Shown here piece after piece: positions 28,192 through 38,540 of a stretch of DNA of 64,000 nt. Source of the stretch: Bacteroidota bacterium (GTDB lineage: Bacteria > Bacteroidota > Bacteroidia > Chitinophagales > Chitinophagaceae); assembly GCA_040386335.1 (NCBI GenBank), contig JAZKFT010000063.1:1351-65350 (forward strand), written 5' to 3'. Position numbers and translations under genes: made by a program. Every line of letters begins with the position of its first letter. The first letter of the stretch is position 1. A model generated the notes under the pieces. It was not told the origin of the DNA. It did no database searches and saw only the letters and a program-made list of their open reading frames with translations.

Positions 28192-31100
28192 ATGACCCCT
28201 GTTTTTACCCGCACTACCATTGCCATCAAAAGGCTGAAAATTTCCAGCCTCCTTTTTACAACATTATTTTTTGCGGTCAATGCATTTTCAGCACCGGTTA
28301 TTAGCAGCTTTTCGCCCGCCAGCGGACCGGTAGGTACATCCGTTGTCATAACCGGTTCAGGCTTCAGTGCAACTGCAGCTCAGAACGTGGTTTTCTTTGG
28401 GGCCACAAAAGCCGCAGTAACCGCAGCCTCTGCTAGCAGTATTACAGTTACCGTACCCGGGGGTTCTACCTACGAAAAAATTACGGTCACTAACCTTGCC
28501 GTGGCTCAAACAGGCTTCTCGGCAAAACCTTTTATTGTAACCCTAAACGGCAGCGGCCTCTTCAAGCCAAAGCAGGATCTATCTACCGGGTCAATTCCCT
28601 ATTCCAGCCGCAATACTGATATTGATGGGGATGGTAAGCCCGATATTGTTGTTGCCAATCAAAGCGGTAACTCGGTATCCGTTATTCGGAATACTTCAGT
28701 TGCAGGTGTAGGAAGTTTTGCGGCAAAACTGGACTTTGCAACCGCCAGTAGTCCCTATACAGTTGCGGTTGGGGATATAGATGGAGATGGAAAACCCGAC
28801 CTCGTGGTCGCTTGTTTTTTCAATCAGAAGGTATCGGTATTTCGCAACACTTCTACACCAGCCTCCATTAGTTTTGACACAAGGGTCGATCTTACCTCAG
28901 GGTTCTGCACGTCAGTTGCCATTGCAGATTATGATGGCGATGGAAAACCAGACCTGGCAGCAGCCTGTCATTCTCCCAACAATGTATTGGTTTTTCGGAA
29001 TACATCGCCCGCAGCCGGATCGGTGAGTTTTGCAGCCGGGCTTAGTTTCACTCCGGGAGCAAGCCCACTATGTATTGCATCCGGCGATATCGACGGCGAT
29101 GGTAAGGTTGACCTGGTCACAGCCAATTCCGATGGCGGAACGATATCAGTACTTCGAAACGGTTCCAGCCCGGGATCTATCAATTTTGCACCAAAAACAG
29201 ATGCAGCCACGGGGACTGATCCACGTTACTGTATCGTCGGCGATTTTGACAATGATGGAAAAATGGATATCGCATCAGCCAATTACGGCTCAGGCACGGT
29301 TTCCATTCTGCGCAATGTCTCGTCTTCCGGTTCGGTAACTTTTGGCGTAAAAACAGACCTTACTACACCTTCCAGTCCAAGATGCCTCGATATGGGTGAT
29401 ATTAATGGTGATGGAAAACCTGATATTGCGATTGGCGTCAACGACCTCCAGGTAGTTACGTTTAAAAATATTTCGGTTGCAGGAACAATTAACCTCACCG
29501 AGCAAATCAACACCGGTACAGGAGGAAATTCCATATCCGTCACGATCGGCGATTTAGACGGTGATGCAAAGCCTGATCTCTGTGTTACCAATGCCAATGC
29601 CAGCAATATCTCTTTTCTTTCGCAGGCCAGCAAATCGCCGGCAATAACCAGTTTTTCACCTCTTAGTGGTATTGTTGGAAGCAGTGTAGTGATCACCGGA
29701 ACAGCCTTTAATACAACACCATCTCAAAACATCGTGTTTTTTGGGGCAACAAAAGCGACTGTTACTGCTGCCACCGCGACCAGCTTAACGGTTACCGTGC
29801 CGTTCGGTTCCACTTACCAGTTAATTTCTGTTACCAACCTGGCCACCAGCTTAACTGCCTTTTCGGATAAAGTCTTTAACGTCACATTGGCGGGAGGCAC
29901 CGCTTTTAATCCAAAGCAAGACTTCGCTGTAGGTTTAAATCCACAATCCTTAACCAGTGGCGACCTGGACGGTGATGGGAAACCGGACCTGGCGATGGTG
30001 AATGGCAGTGCCTCCCCGGTTACGGTCATTCGAAATACTTCCAGCGGTGGGGTGGTCAGCTTTGCTCCAAAACAGGACTTTGGCTCAGGAACGCAGGTGA
30101 AAACGGTAACGATCGGCGATTTGGATGGCGATGGAAAACCTGACCTTGCTGTGTCATCCTGGGGCAGTTCAACCGTGGATATATACCGGAACACTTCTGT
30201 ACCGGGCAATATTAGCTTCGCTGCACCAGTCGGCTTTTATGCATTCAATTTCCCGCAAAGTGTGGACATCGACGATCTTGATGGTGATGGAAAACCAGAC
30301 CTGGCGGTAGCCTGCGGAATGGACAGGGTGGTCATTTTGCGGAACATATCTTCTCCTGGTACCATCTTGTTTGATCCGGAAATTGAAATCTCAACACCCA
30401 ACTACTCTGAGGCAGTGAGCCTGGCCGACATCGATGGTGATGGTAAACCCGACCTGGCAGTGACGAATGATGCATCAGGAAACATGTCACTGTTGCGAAA
30501 TACTTCCTACCCCGGCAATATTCGTTTCGCGACCAGGATCGATTTCGTTACTGGTCTGAACCCTGGGAAAGTAGTGGTTGCTGATATCGATGGGGATGGA
30601 AAATTCGATGTATCTGTGACAGGAAGAACGAATTACATTGTTTCCGTTTTTAGAAATACATCCACACCCGGCGTACTTAGCCTGGCACCAAAAGTTGATT
30701 TTACCACTCCAAACAACCCAAACTCCCTTAGCATTGGTGATGTAGACGGAGATGGAAAACCAGACCTGGCCACGGCTAATTATTATTCAGCCTCAGCGTC
30801 ATTGCTGAAAAACACTTCCAGTCCCGGAACGATCAGTTTTGCCCCCCGGATCGATTGGGCTACAACAGTTAACCCCGAATCGGTTGTAATTGGTGATATT
30901 GATGCCGACGGGAAACCAGATTTGTCGGTGCTTTCCTATGTCGGTACGTTATCTGTTTTTAAACAGTATGCTGTTATTCCACCACCTACCATAACTGCTA
31001 TCTCACCAGCAAGCGGTGCTGTTGGAAGCAGTGTCGTTATTTCCGGAACCAATTTCAATACAACGGCAGTTAACAACATCGTTTTTTTTGGCGCAACAAG

Positions 31101-32778
31101 AGCAACCGTTACTGCCGCCACTGCCAACAGCTTAACGGTTACTGTACCCTTAGGGTCAACCTATCAAGTTATTTCGGCTACCAACCTGGCCAGTAACCTC
31201 ACCGCTTTTTCGGATAAGATCTTTAATGTCACGCTGGCCGGCGCCACCAATTTTAATCCTAAACAGGATCTTGATATTGGTCCGCTTCGATTCTCACTTG
31301 CCATGGGTGACCTGGATAGTGATGGAAAACCCGACTTTGCGATGTTGAACTATAGTGCTACCCCAATCACGGTTATTCGAAATACTTCCACCGCAGGCGT
31401 TATTAGCTTTGCCCCCCGGCAGGACTTTGGCTCTGGGACTTCGCTACAAATGGTAAGGATCGGGGATTTGGACGGCGACGGAAAACCCGACCTGGCAGTG
31501 TCAGGTGAGACTAGCCGAACCGTGGACATCTACAGGAACACGTCTGTTCCCGGCACTATTAGTTTTGCCGGGCCGGTTAGCTTTGGCGTTTCCCTATACC
31601 CGAAACAGATAGCCATCGACGATATCGACGGTGATGGAAAGCCGGACCTGGCGGTAGCGAGCGGGCCGAACAGGGTGGTCGTTTTACGAAACCTGTCAAG
31701 TGCCGGCAATATCTTGTTTGATACAAAAATGGAATTTGCAACGATTGACTATTCCAGCTCAGTCGGCCTGGGAGATATTGACGGGGATGGAAAACCTGAC
31801 ATGGTGGTAACTAACAATGTAGGCGGAAGTCTGTCGCTGTTTCGGAATACTTCTATACCTGGTAACATCAGTTTTGCTGCGAGGGTTGATTTACCTACAG
31901 GAGCCAGTCCTGGTATGTTGTTGATTGCTGATATTGATGGAGATGGAAAATCGGACGTATCAGTATCTATAGGAGGTGCTGATCTTATTTCCGTCTTTAG
32001 AAATGTATCCACCCCCGGCACCATCAACATGGCGCCGAAAATTGATTTCGCCACGCCCGACCAGCCGGCAGGGTTTGACATTGGTGATGTAGACGGTGAC
32101 GGAAAACCTGACCTGGCAACGACAAACTTTTATGCTACTTCAGCATCATTGCTAAAAAATACCAGTAGTCCCGGCAACATCAGTTTTGCCACCCGGATCG
32201 ATTTGGTCGCACCGTTTAATCCAGGATCGGTGGCGATTGGCGATATCGACGGAGACGGAAAACCAGATTTAACAGTACTCTCCGTTCGCGATATATTATC
32301 AGTGCTTCGTCAAAAGGTTATTGTTCCGCCTCCCACAGGCAACCCCTCACAATCGTTTTGTGCATCCATTTCTCCCAAAGTATCTGACCTGGCTGCAACA
32401 GGTACCGCTATTAAATGGTATAGTGCAGGCAACGTGTTACTGGAAGCTGCGACGCCGCTTGCAAATGCAACAACCTATTATGCCAGTCAAACGGTAAATG
32501 GTAATGAATCGGAGCAGCGATTGGCGGTTACGGTTACCATCAATGCTGCAGGTACGAATATTACCTGGCTGGGTGTCACAAACAATTGGCACAGTACAGC
32601 CAACTGGAGTAATGCAACGGTACCAAATACCTGTATGAATGTGATCGTTAACAGCGGAGCTGGTATTGTAATGCCGGTGGTAACCGGACTAACTGGCGCA
32701 TGTAATAAATTAACCCTTAATAACGGAGCCACGATAACGATTGCTGCAGGTGCGAAACTGCTGATTGTCTCTCAGTAA
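28192..32778 (+). CDS. Giant exported protein: 3 x (IPT/TIG domain + seven FG-GAP/VCBS repeats) plus a C-terminal Ig-like region
   Basis: Signal peptide. Three IPT-like segments (P.I.SFSP.SG.VGSSVVI.G..F........VFFGAT.A.V). 21 D.DGDGK.D calcium-loop repeats in three groups of seven. Confidence 0.85.
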   Translation: MTPVFTRTTIAIKRLKISSLLFTTLFFAVNAFSAPVISSFSPASGPVGTSVVITGSGFSATAAQNVVFFGATKAAVTAASASSITVTVPGGSTYEKITVTNLAVAQTGFSAKPFIVTLNGSGLFKPKQDLSTGSIPYSSRNTDIDGDGKPDIVVANQSGNSVSVIRNTSVAGVGSFAAKLDFATASSPYTVAVGDIDGDGKPDLVVACFFNQKVSVFRNTSTPASISFDTRVDLTSGFCTSVAIADYDGDGKPDLAAACHSPNNVLVFRNTSPAAGSVSFAAGLSFTPGASPLCIASGDIDGDGKVDLVTANSDGGTISVLRNGSSPGSINFAPKTDAATGTDPRYCIVGDFDNDGKMDIASANYGSGTVSILRNVSSSGSVTFGVKTDLTTPSSPRCLDMGDINGDGKPDIAIGVNDLQVVTFKNISVAGTINLTEQINTGTGGNSISVTIGDLDGDAKPDLCVTNANASNISFLSQASKSPAITSFSPLSGIVGSSVVITGTAFNTTPSQNIVFFGATKATVTAATATSLTVTVPFGSTYQLISVTNLATSLTAFSDKVFNVTLAGGTAFNPKQDFAVGLNPQSLTSGDLDGDGKPDLAMVNGSASPVTVIRNTSSGGVVSFAPKQDFGSGTQVKTVTIGDLDGDGKPDLAVSSWGSSTVDIYRNTSVPGNISFAAPVGFYAFNFPQSVDIDDLDGDGKPDLAVACGMDRVVILRNISSPGTILFDPEIEISTPNYSEAVSLADIDGDGKPDLAVTNDASGNMSLLRNTSYPGNIRFATRIDFVTGLNPGKVVVADIDGDGKFDVSVTGRTNYIVSVFRNTSTPGVLSLAPKVDFTTPNNPNSLSIGDVDGDGKPDLATANYYSASASLLKNTSSPGTISFAPRIDWATTVNPESVVIGDIDADGKPDLSVLSYVGTLSVFKQYAVIPPPTITAISPASGAVGSSVVISGTNFNTTAVNNIVFFGATRATVTAATANSLTVTVPLGSTYQVISATNLASNLTAFSDKIFNVTLAGATNFNPKQDLDIGPLRFSLAMGDLDSDGKPDFAMLNYSATPITVIRNTSTAGVISFAPRQDFGSGTSLQMVRIGDLDGDGKPDLAVSGETSRTVDIYRNTSVPGTISFAGPVSFGVSLYPKQIAIDDIDGDGKPDLAVASGPNRVVVLRNLSSAGNILFDTKMEFATIDYSSSVGLGDIDGDGKPDMVVTNNVGGSLSLFRNTSIPGNISFAARVDLPTGASPGMLLIADIDGDGKSDVSVSIGGADLISVFRNVSTPGTINMAPKIDFATPDQPAGFDIGDVDGDGKPDLATTNFYATSASLLKNTSSPGNISFATRIDLVAPFNPGSVAIGDIDGDGKPDLTVLSVRDILSVLRQKVIVPPPTGNPSQSFCASISPKVSDLAATGTAIKWYSAGNVLLEAATPLANATTYYASQTVNGNESEQRLAVTVTINAAGTNITWLGVTNNWHSTANWSNATVPNTCMNVIVNSGAGIVMPVVTGLTGACNKLTLNNGATITIAAGAKLLIVSQ

Positions 32779-32816
32779 TTAGTTGCAATCGTTTAATTTC
32801 TAAATAAATACCCGGT

Positions 32817-32878
32817 ATGATTTTCAACTGTTGGCGTAGTAATTTTGGGGATAAAGTCCGCCAGCCGTTGAAAATCAT
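32817..32878. terminator. Imperfect 20-bp inverted repeat between convergent genes
   Basis: ATGATTTTCAACTGTTGGCG (32817-32836) / CGCCAGCCGTTGAAAATCAT (32859-32878). Confidence 0.45.
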
Positions 32879-32925
32879 TTCGGGTTACTATCTTACCTTT
32901 TTGAGAGGCGTTTTTAGAACGAAAA

Positions 32926-33419
<494 letters not shown>

Positions 33420-33423
<4 letters not shown>

Positions 33424-33740
33424 TTTTTTTGTTTTTTAATGGTTGATAATACGGTGTCAAGTTGATTGAAGCGGGTTTCCCAAATTTTCCTGAACTGGGC
33501 TATCCAATTGTCTATCTCCTGCATTTTGGGGGGATTAAAGTGATAATAGATTTCTCTGCCGGAAGGTTCCGGTTTAATCAATTCACAATCCTGTAATACT
33601 TTAATATGTTTTGATACTGCCTGCCGGCTCATCTCGAATTTTTCTGCCATTGCATTGGGCGTTAATGCCTGGATAGCAATTAAGGCTAAAATAGCCCTGC
33701 GCGTCGGGTCTGCTATGGCCTGGAATATATCTTGCTTCAT
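33420..33740 (-). CDS. ArsR/SmtB-family transcriptional regulator
   Basis: [21 protein letters not shown]...[19 protein letters not shown] winged-helix signature. The ATG at 33740 is preferred over the ORF-track start at 33791. Confidence 0.85.
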
Positions 33741-34143
33741 TTTTTTCAATATTTTAATTACGCAACCTTCGGGTTGCAAATATATATGCAACTTTTGGGT
33801 TGCGCAAATTTATCATCAATTATTTTTACTAAGCTAAATGGTTGGGAAGGTTATTGTTGGGGCTACAATGAGATCTAACGTACAAGGCTGGTGCTGTGCT
33901 GGATGTAATAACGTCCGGACCGGACCTGCCAGGGGTGGGACTATTTTTACAATGCCTAACTTCGGTAAAATGCGACCAATGATGGCCGATGGAAAAACTC
34001 CTAACATGATACCGAAATCCGATAGTGCAGGCATTGCGGACAATGCTGTGCAATATTTTGACACGACGGCGCAAACATATCTCCCGGCCGGTTTGCAGCC
34101 AGCCAGCCCTGGATACAGGGCCTTGCAGAAAGCAGTCACGAAT

Positions 34144-35673
34144 ATGAAAAGATCCGGCCGCGCTATCACCCCGGGCTTAGCTTTGTTTGTCGTGTTATGC
34201 ATAGGCGGGCAAGCATTTGCACAAAATGGCAACAATCCATCGGGACAGCCTGAAGCCGGTCAAATACCTCCGCATCCACCGCGGCTGCCTGAAGGTGTTA
34301 TTCCTGCCTTTCCCGGCGCCTGGGGAGCTGGGATGTTTACCACTGGAGGACGTGGAGGCAACACCATTGCAGTTACAAATCTTAATGATAATGGTGACGG
34401 GAGCCTGCGTGCTGCGCTGGAAACAAAGGGACCCCGTATCGTGGTGTTTCGCGTAGCAGGCACGATCAAACTTGCTGCAGATCTTAATATCAATCATCCC
34501 GATATAACTATAGCCGGCCAGTCTGCGCCTGGCGATGGAATTTGTGTTGCAGGAACACTCAATATCAATACACATAATGTTATCATCCGCCATCTGCGTG
34601 TACGGCGTGGTGTTCCAACCGGGGGACAGGGAGATGATAATATCGGCGGTAACCCACACCATCACATCATCATCGACCATTGTTCTACAAGCTGGGGTAT
34701 GGACGAAAACATTTCGCTCTACCGGCATATGCGGCCATCATTGGACGGAAAAACACAGATTAAAGATCCCGCGGAAAATATCACGGTGCAATGGACGATC
34801 TCCAGTGAAGCACTGGATGCCAAAGGGCATGCTTTCGGCGGAACCTGGGGAGGCAACCCTTCTACATTTCATCATAACCTTTTCGCCAGTAATACTGCCC
34901 GAAACCCATCCATCGGGATGTCGGGTCCTTTTGATTTCCGATACAATGTCGTTTTCAACTGGCGCCACCGTTCAATAGATGGCGGCGATGAAACCTCCAT
35001 GGTCAATCTAATCAACAACTATTTCAAACCCGGGCCTGCCACCAATGACAACATACGCGACGTGTTTGCCCGCATCGAACAGCGTAGTATGTATTCGCCG
35101 GGAAGCGCATGGGCGGAAGGTGGCTGGTATACAAAGGCTGCTGTCCGGCCGGGTAAATGGTATGTGGCCGGCAATATCATGCACGGAAACCAGGAGGTGA
35201 TCAACAAGAACTGGGCGGGAATGCGTGGCCCTGAGAACCTTGCCCGTGTGAATACGCCTTTCGAAGGCTGGCCCGTAAGCCCGCACCAAACGGCCGGGGT
35301 CGTCTTCGAGGCCGTATTGGCGAAAGCTGGCGCCACCCTACCTAAACGGGATGCTGTCGATACCCGCGTTACAAATATGGTACGCACAGGAACCCCTGCG
35401 ACAGCAACAGGTATCATCAAAGATGTATCAGAAGTAGGAGGGTACCCAAACCTCAGCTTCAATCCTGGCCAGGTTCCTGCCGACAGCGATGGCGATGGTA
35501 TGCCAGACGATTGGGAAATTAAAAACAAGCTGAATTCTAAGGAATTTAAAGATGCTGCGTTGGATACAGACGGCGACGGATACACAAATATTGAGGAATT
35601 TCTTAACGGTACAAATCCACAGGAAAAGATCAATTACCGCAACCTGGGCAACAATATCGATTCGATCAGTTAA
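34144..35673 (+). CDS. Pectate-lyase-fold polysaccharide lyase (PL1-like) with C-terminal Asp-rich calcium-binding repeats
   Basis: A signal peptide starts at the ATG at 34144 (MKRSGRAITPGLALFVVLCIGGQAFAQ). Motifs: FPGAWGAGMFTTGGRGG, GSLRAALE, ITIAGQSAPGDGI, VIIRHLRVRRG, IIIDHCSTSWGMDEN, HHNLFASNTARNP. Tail: DSDGDGMPDDWE...DTDGDGYTNIEEF. Confidence 0.8.
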   Translation: MKRSGRAITPGLALFVVLCIGGQAFAQNGNNPSGQPEAGQIPPHPPRLPEGVIPAFPGAWGAGMFTTGGRGGNTIAVTNLNDNGDGSLRAALETKGPRIVVFRVAGTIKLAADLNINHPDITIAGQSAPGDGICVAGTLNINTHNVIIRHLRVRRGVPTGGQGDDNIGGNPHHHIIIDHCSTSWGMDENISLYRHMRPSLDGKTQIKDPAENITVQWTISSEALDAKGHAFGGTWGGNPSTFHHNLFASNTARNPSIGMSGPFDFRYNVVFNWRHRSIDGGDETSMVNLINNYFKPGPATNDNIRDVFARIEQRSMYSPGSAWAEGGWYTKAAVRPGKWYVAGNIMHGNQEVINKNWAGMRGPENLARVNTPFEGWPVSPHQTAGVVFEAVLAKAGATLPKRDAVDTRVTNMVRTGTPATATGIIKDVSEVGGYPNLSFNPGQVPADSDGDGMPDDWEIKNKLNSKEFKDAALDTDGDGYTNIEEFLNGTNPQEKINYRNLGNNIDSIS

Positions 35674-35773
35674 ACATTTCCCGACGAAAAAACCCCGGTG
35701 AAAAAACTGACTGGGAATAGTGTAATTAATCCGCGTTAGCACTAAACCCCATGTTGTTAATTACAGCAATCAT

Positions 35774-37822
35774 TCAAATGCAATATTGTGGGTCGCCTTC
35801 AAGGATTTCCTGCTCAAGCTTAGGTGCCTCGCCTGGCTTCCATAAACGTGTGCGATGCACAACACGATAAACCAAAGGGCCGCCATCAGCACGCTCACTG
35901 CGTTCCAGTGGTCGCGGTATACATACAAATTCGGTAGAAAGCTGATCGGAAGTGGCGGTTACTAAACCGTAGCCATGGCCACCGAAATCGAGAAATGACA
36001 AATGCGGTGCCAGGTCCGGATTTCGCACAGCACGTGCCTGCTTCATATCTCCCGTCTCCTTCAACTTTAAAGTGGAAAGCACTCCATGCATAGGAGTAAC
36101 ATTCATAGAAGGAATCACTTTACCATCGGGTTGATCCACCAGGTGCAGCATACGCAACGCATGGTCTTTGGCCATGGTGAGTTCCAACACTTCGAAAAGC
36201 GTTTGCTGCGAAATAGAACCGGTAATGAATTCCACGCCCAGTGGCTCGTATTTCTTCGGCGGCAGCGCTTTAGAGGCTAAACCCGCATGAAACGCATGAC
36301 GGTCGCCTCCGACAACACAAAAACCGGTGATTTCCTGGTTGCTTATAAAATCAAATATCTCGTCTTTATCACGCAGGAATCGATTATCAATTACCGCATA
36401 GCCGGCATCTTTAGGCCATTTACTACCCAGTTCGCCAGGCAGGTTTTGATAGTCGCTTCGCACTTCCATGGTACCAAATGTATGTCCCCAGATTTTCCAG
36501 CGAGCCTTAGAAGCTCCGAGCTGTTCTAAGAACCAACGTCGTTGCTCACGACCCAGGAAGGTCTGGGCATGAACATCTTTTGTCGGATTTGGAAGATCCT
36601 TGTCATTGAAACGAATAGTATCCGGCGGTTTGCCGCCGTTATAATGGCGGCCATAATTCATAATTTCAAAAGGCACTTGTGGAGTGACCCTGGGATATCC
36701 GGCTGCATAAAAATCGTCACTTGACATATCAGGAGAACGGAATGACCAATTATCGGTTAGCAGCAAATCGACATTCCTGCCCCAACGCAGCACCCGCTGA
36801 ATCTTCAAACTATTGATCGCCGCCAGGTTGTTAGGCTCTTCCGAAAGTCCGTCTTCGTTGAACGCCTCCATTGGTGTATCCACCACTACAGGAGCCTTGA
36901 AATGTTCAAGCTTAGGGTTACCGGGCTGTGAAACCCGGGCTGGGATGAACTCCCACCAGGCCTGGTTGGCAAAGACTTTCTGGTTTTGTGCAGGAGCATT
37001 GTACGCGCCCCCTGCCACATACTGACTTTGATACCCGGCCCAGGCAAACTCGTGATTGTCCCAAACACCAACAAATGGCCAGCGGGCACGGGCATCCTGT
37101 AAATCAGGATCTTCAAGATATGCACGATAGAGTGTTCGGTAATCTTCAAGAGAAACCGGGAGATGAAAATTGCCAACCTTTCGCCCCTGCGGAAACTTGT
37201 ACAGGTTTTTGATGCGACGACCACGGTTTCCTTTAGGATTATCTTCGGCATACCAGGTGACTTCGTAAATAAAATCGCCCAAATGCAACACAAAATTAAG
37301 TCGTTGCTCTTTCGCACGTGCCTCATCTTCAAAGATCATCTTACGGTAAGCATTCATGGCGCCTTCGTTAGGGCATTGGCAACTCACAAACGTAAAACGA
37401 ACGGGAGCATCCGAATCATCACTGTGGGCTGTTATCGTACGGCCGATGCGGCTGGCGAACCCATGCTCATCCACGAAGCGGTACCAATACTCACGGTTGG
37501 GTTTGAGATCCGTAACCAGGAAACGACATGTCCAGTCTGAGTCTGCATCAATATTTGCAGTACCACCTGCCAGGATTTTTTTGAAATCCGGGGTGGCCGA
37601 TATTTCAACGATCAGCTTTTTAGCGTAATTGCCATTTACCGGCGGACGCCGCGTCCATAAGATGACACTGTCAGCTGTTGGGTCACCTGATGCCACACCC
37701 TGTGGAAAGAGGTCGCGGCGCTCAATTGCCGGCGTGGGAAGCTTGTTTGCCCAACCTTTTTTTGTCGTTAGGGCAAAGCCAATGAAGAAGGATTGTAAGA
37801 ACTTACGGCGGGTGACATTCAT
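35774..37822 (-). CDS. PhoD-family alkaline phosphatase/phosphodiesterase with Tat signal
   Basis: Twin-arginine leader MNVTRRKFLQSFF. GVASGDPTADSVILWTR. Metallophosphatase motifs HLGDFIYE and GVWDNHEF. Confidence 0.85.
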   Translation of the reverse strand: MNVTRRKFLQSFFIGFALTTKKGWANKLPTPAIERRDLFPQGVASGDPTADSVILWTRRPPVNGNYAKKLIVEISATPDFKKILAGGTANIDADSDWTCRFLVTDLKPNREYWYRFVDEHGFASRIGRTITAHSDDSDAPVRFTFVSCQCPNEGAMNAYRKMIFEDEARAKEQRLNFVLHLGDFIYEVTWYAEDNPKGNRGRRIKNLYKFPQGRKVGNFHLPVSLEDYRTLYRAYLEDPDLQDARARWPFVGVWDNHEFAWAGYQSQYVAGGAYNAPAQNQKVFANQAWWEFIPARVSQPGNPKLEHFKAPVVVDTPMEAFNEDGLSEEPNNLAAINSLKIQRVLRWGRNVDLLLTDNWSFRSPDMSSDDFYAAGYPRVTPQVPFEIMNYGRHYNGGKPPDTIRFNDKDLPNPTKDVHAQTFLGREQRRWFLEQLGASKARWKIWGHTFGTMEVRSDYQNLPGELGSKWPKDAGYAVIDNRFLRDKDEIFDFISNQEITGFCVVGGDRHAFHAGLASKALPPKKYEPLGVEFITGSISQQTLFEVLELTMAKDHALRMLHLVDQPDGKVIPSMNVTPMHGVLSTLKLKETGDMKQARAVRNPDLAPHLSFLDFGGHGYGLVTATSDQLSTEFVCIPRPLERSERADGGPLVYRVVHRTRLWKPGEAPKLEQEILEGDPQYCI

Positions 37823-37892
37823 GAGATTTTTATTTATACCGTTTCTTTATTTAGAAGCCGCTATTGTGTCAATGCAATGTTGGCCGTTGCTT

Positions 37893-38351
37893 TTATGGCG
37901 TTCTTTCCAATTCAGTCGAATGAAGAAGGCTAACTTTCCAAGTACTTTTCTCTCTTTTTAGAACAACACTTTCAAGCCATTTTACAATCACGGTTTTCCC
38001 ATTTGATGTAATGGTTGCCTGATTAAGATAATAAAGCCAGGCAATATCACCTGAAATAGTTGTTTCGAGAAAGTCCAACTGATTGATTCTTTTAAAGTCC
38101 CCGGATGTCGCTTTTCTTGCCGTAATCCGATTAGCCAAAGAGTCAAAGTTCCAAACTGCGCCACTTTCAAGAATTTTTACATCTGATGTGCAGAAGGATT
38201 TTGATTTTTCAACATCTAATTCAGCAAGTCCATCAAATAATCCAGTAACAGCATTTTGAACGATGGTTTTTTCGCTTCGGTCAGTTTTCTGAGCCCACCC
38301 GGTAGTCAGGAAACTTAAGGTTATAACCATAGTAAAAATTGCGAGTCGCAT
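37893..38351 (-). CDS. NTF2-like (SnoaL/DUF4440-type) exported protein
   Basis: A signal peptide starts at the ATG at 38351 (MRLAIFTMVITLSFLTTGWAQ). About 150 aa with an NTF2-like ending (...VLKREKSTWKVSLLHST). Confidence 0.6.
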   Translation of the reverse strand: MRLAIFTMVITLSFLTTGWAQKTDRSEKTIVQNAVTGLFDGLAELDVEKSKSFCTSDVKILESGAVWNFDSLANRITARKATSGDFKRINQLDFLETTISGDIAWLYYLNQATITSNGKTVIVKWLESVVLKREKSTWKVSLLHSTELERTP

Positions 38352-38540
38352 GTTGTTCAAATTTGAGGACTGTTAAAAAAAATTCCACCCGACGTTCAGG
38401 GCCCGGCGATATGGGGAATTTCATGCTCCACTGCCCAACCTTTGTACTAAAGTTAAATAGAAATTCAAATGATGATCCTTTATTCTGATGCCCCGTACCA
38501 GGATCACCTGTAGCTGAAAGTCTAAGAATAACAAATTTCA

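Noticed and set aside
28600-32300. Periodic DNA repeats (about every 190-200 nt) that might look like a CRISPR or satellite array
   Set aside because: They are the in-frame GA[TC]AT[CT]GA[TC]GG.GATGG.AAACC.GA codons of the FG-GAP calcium loops inside one long ORF. Their spacing is variable and there are no unique spacers or cas genes.
28781-32732. Many 60-137-aa ORFs in other frames or antisense within the FG-GAP gene (for example 29283..29696, 29814..30209, 31749..32081)
   Set aside because: They are frame shadows of a repetitive, GC-balanced gene. Their peptides (SGFPSPSKSPIV...) are simply the reverse reading of GD.DGDGKPD.
32200-32778. T9SS C-terminal sorting domain at the end of the giant FG-GAP protein
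   Set aside because: The last ~80 aa (…NKLTLNNGATITIAAGAKLLIVSQ) do not show the pattern present in the 897-2093 protein, so I make no CTD claim. This needs an HMM check.
33838-34143. N-terminal extension of the pectate-lyase ORF, overlapping minus-strand ORFs (33829..34074, 33834..34235), or a structured RNA in this stop-free 300 nt
   Set aside because: A canonical signal peptide begins at the ATG at 34144, and the upstream peptide has no features. I compared the DNA by eye with SRP RNA, RNase P, tmRNA and cobalamin-riboswitch cores and found no match. It is left as an unexplained leader.
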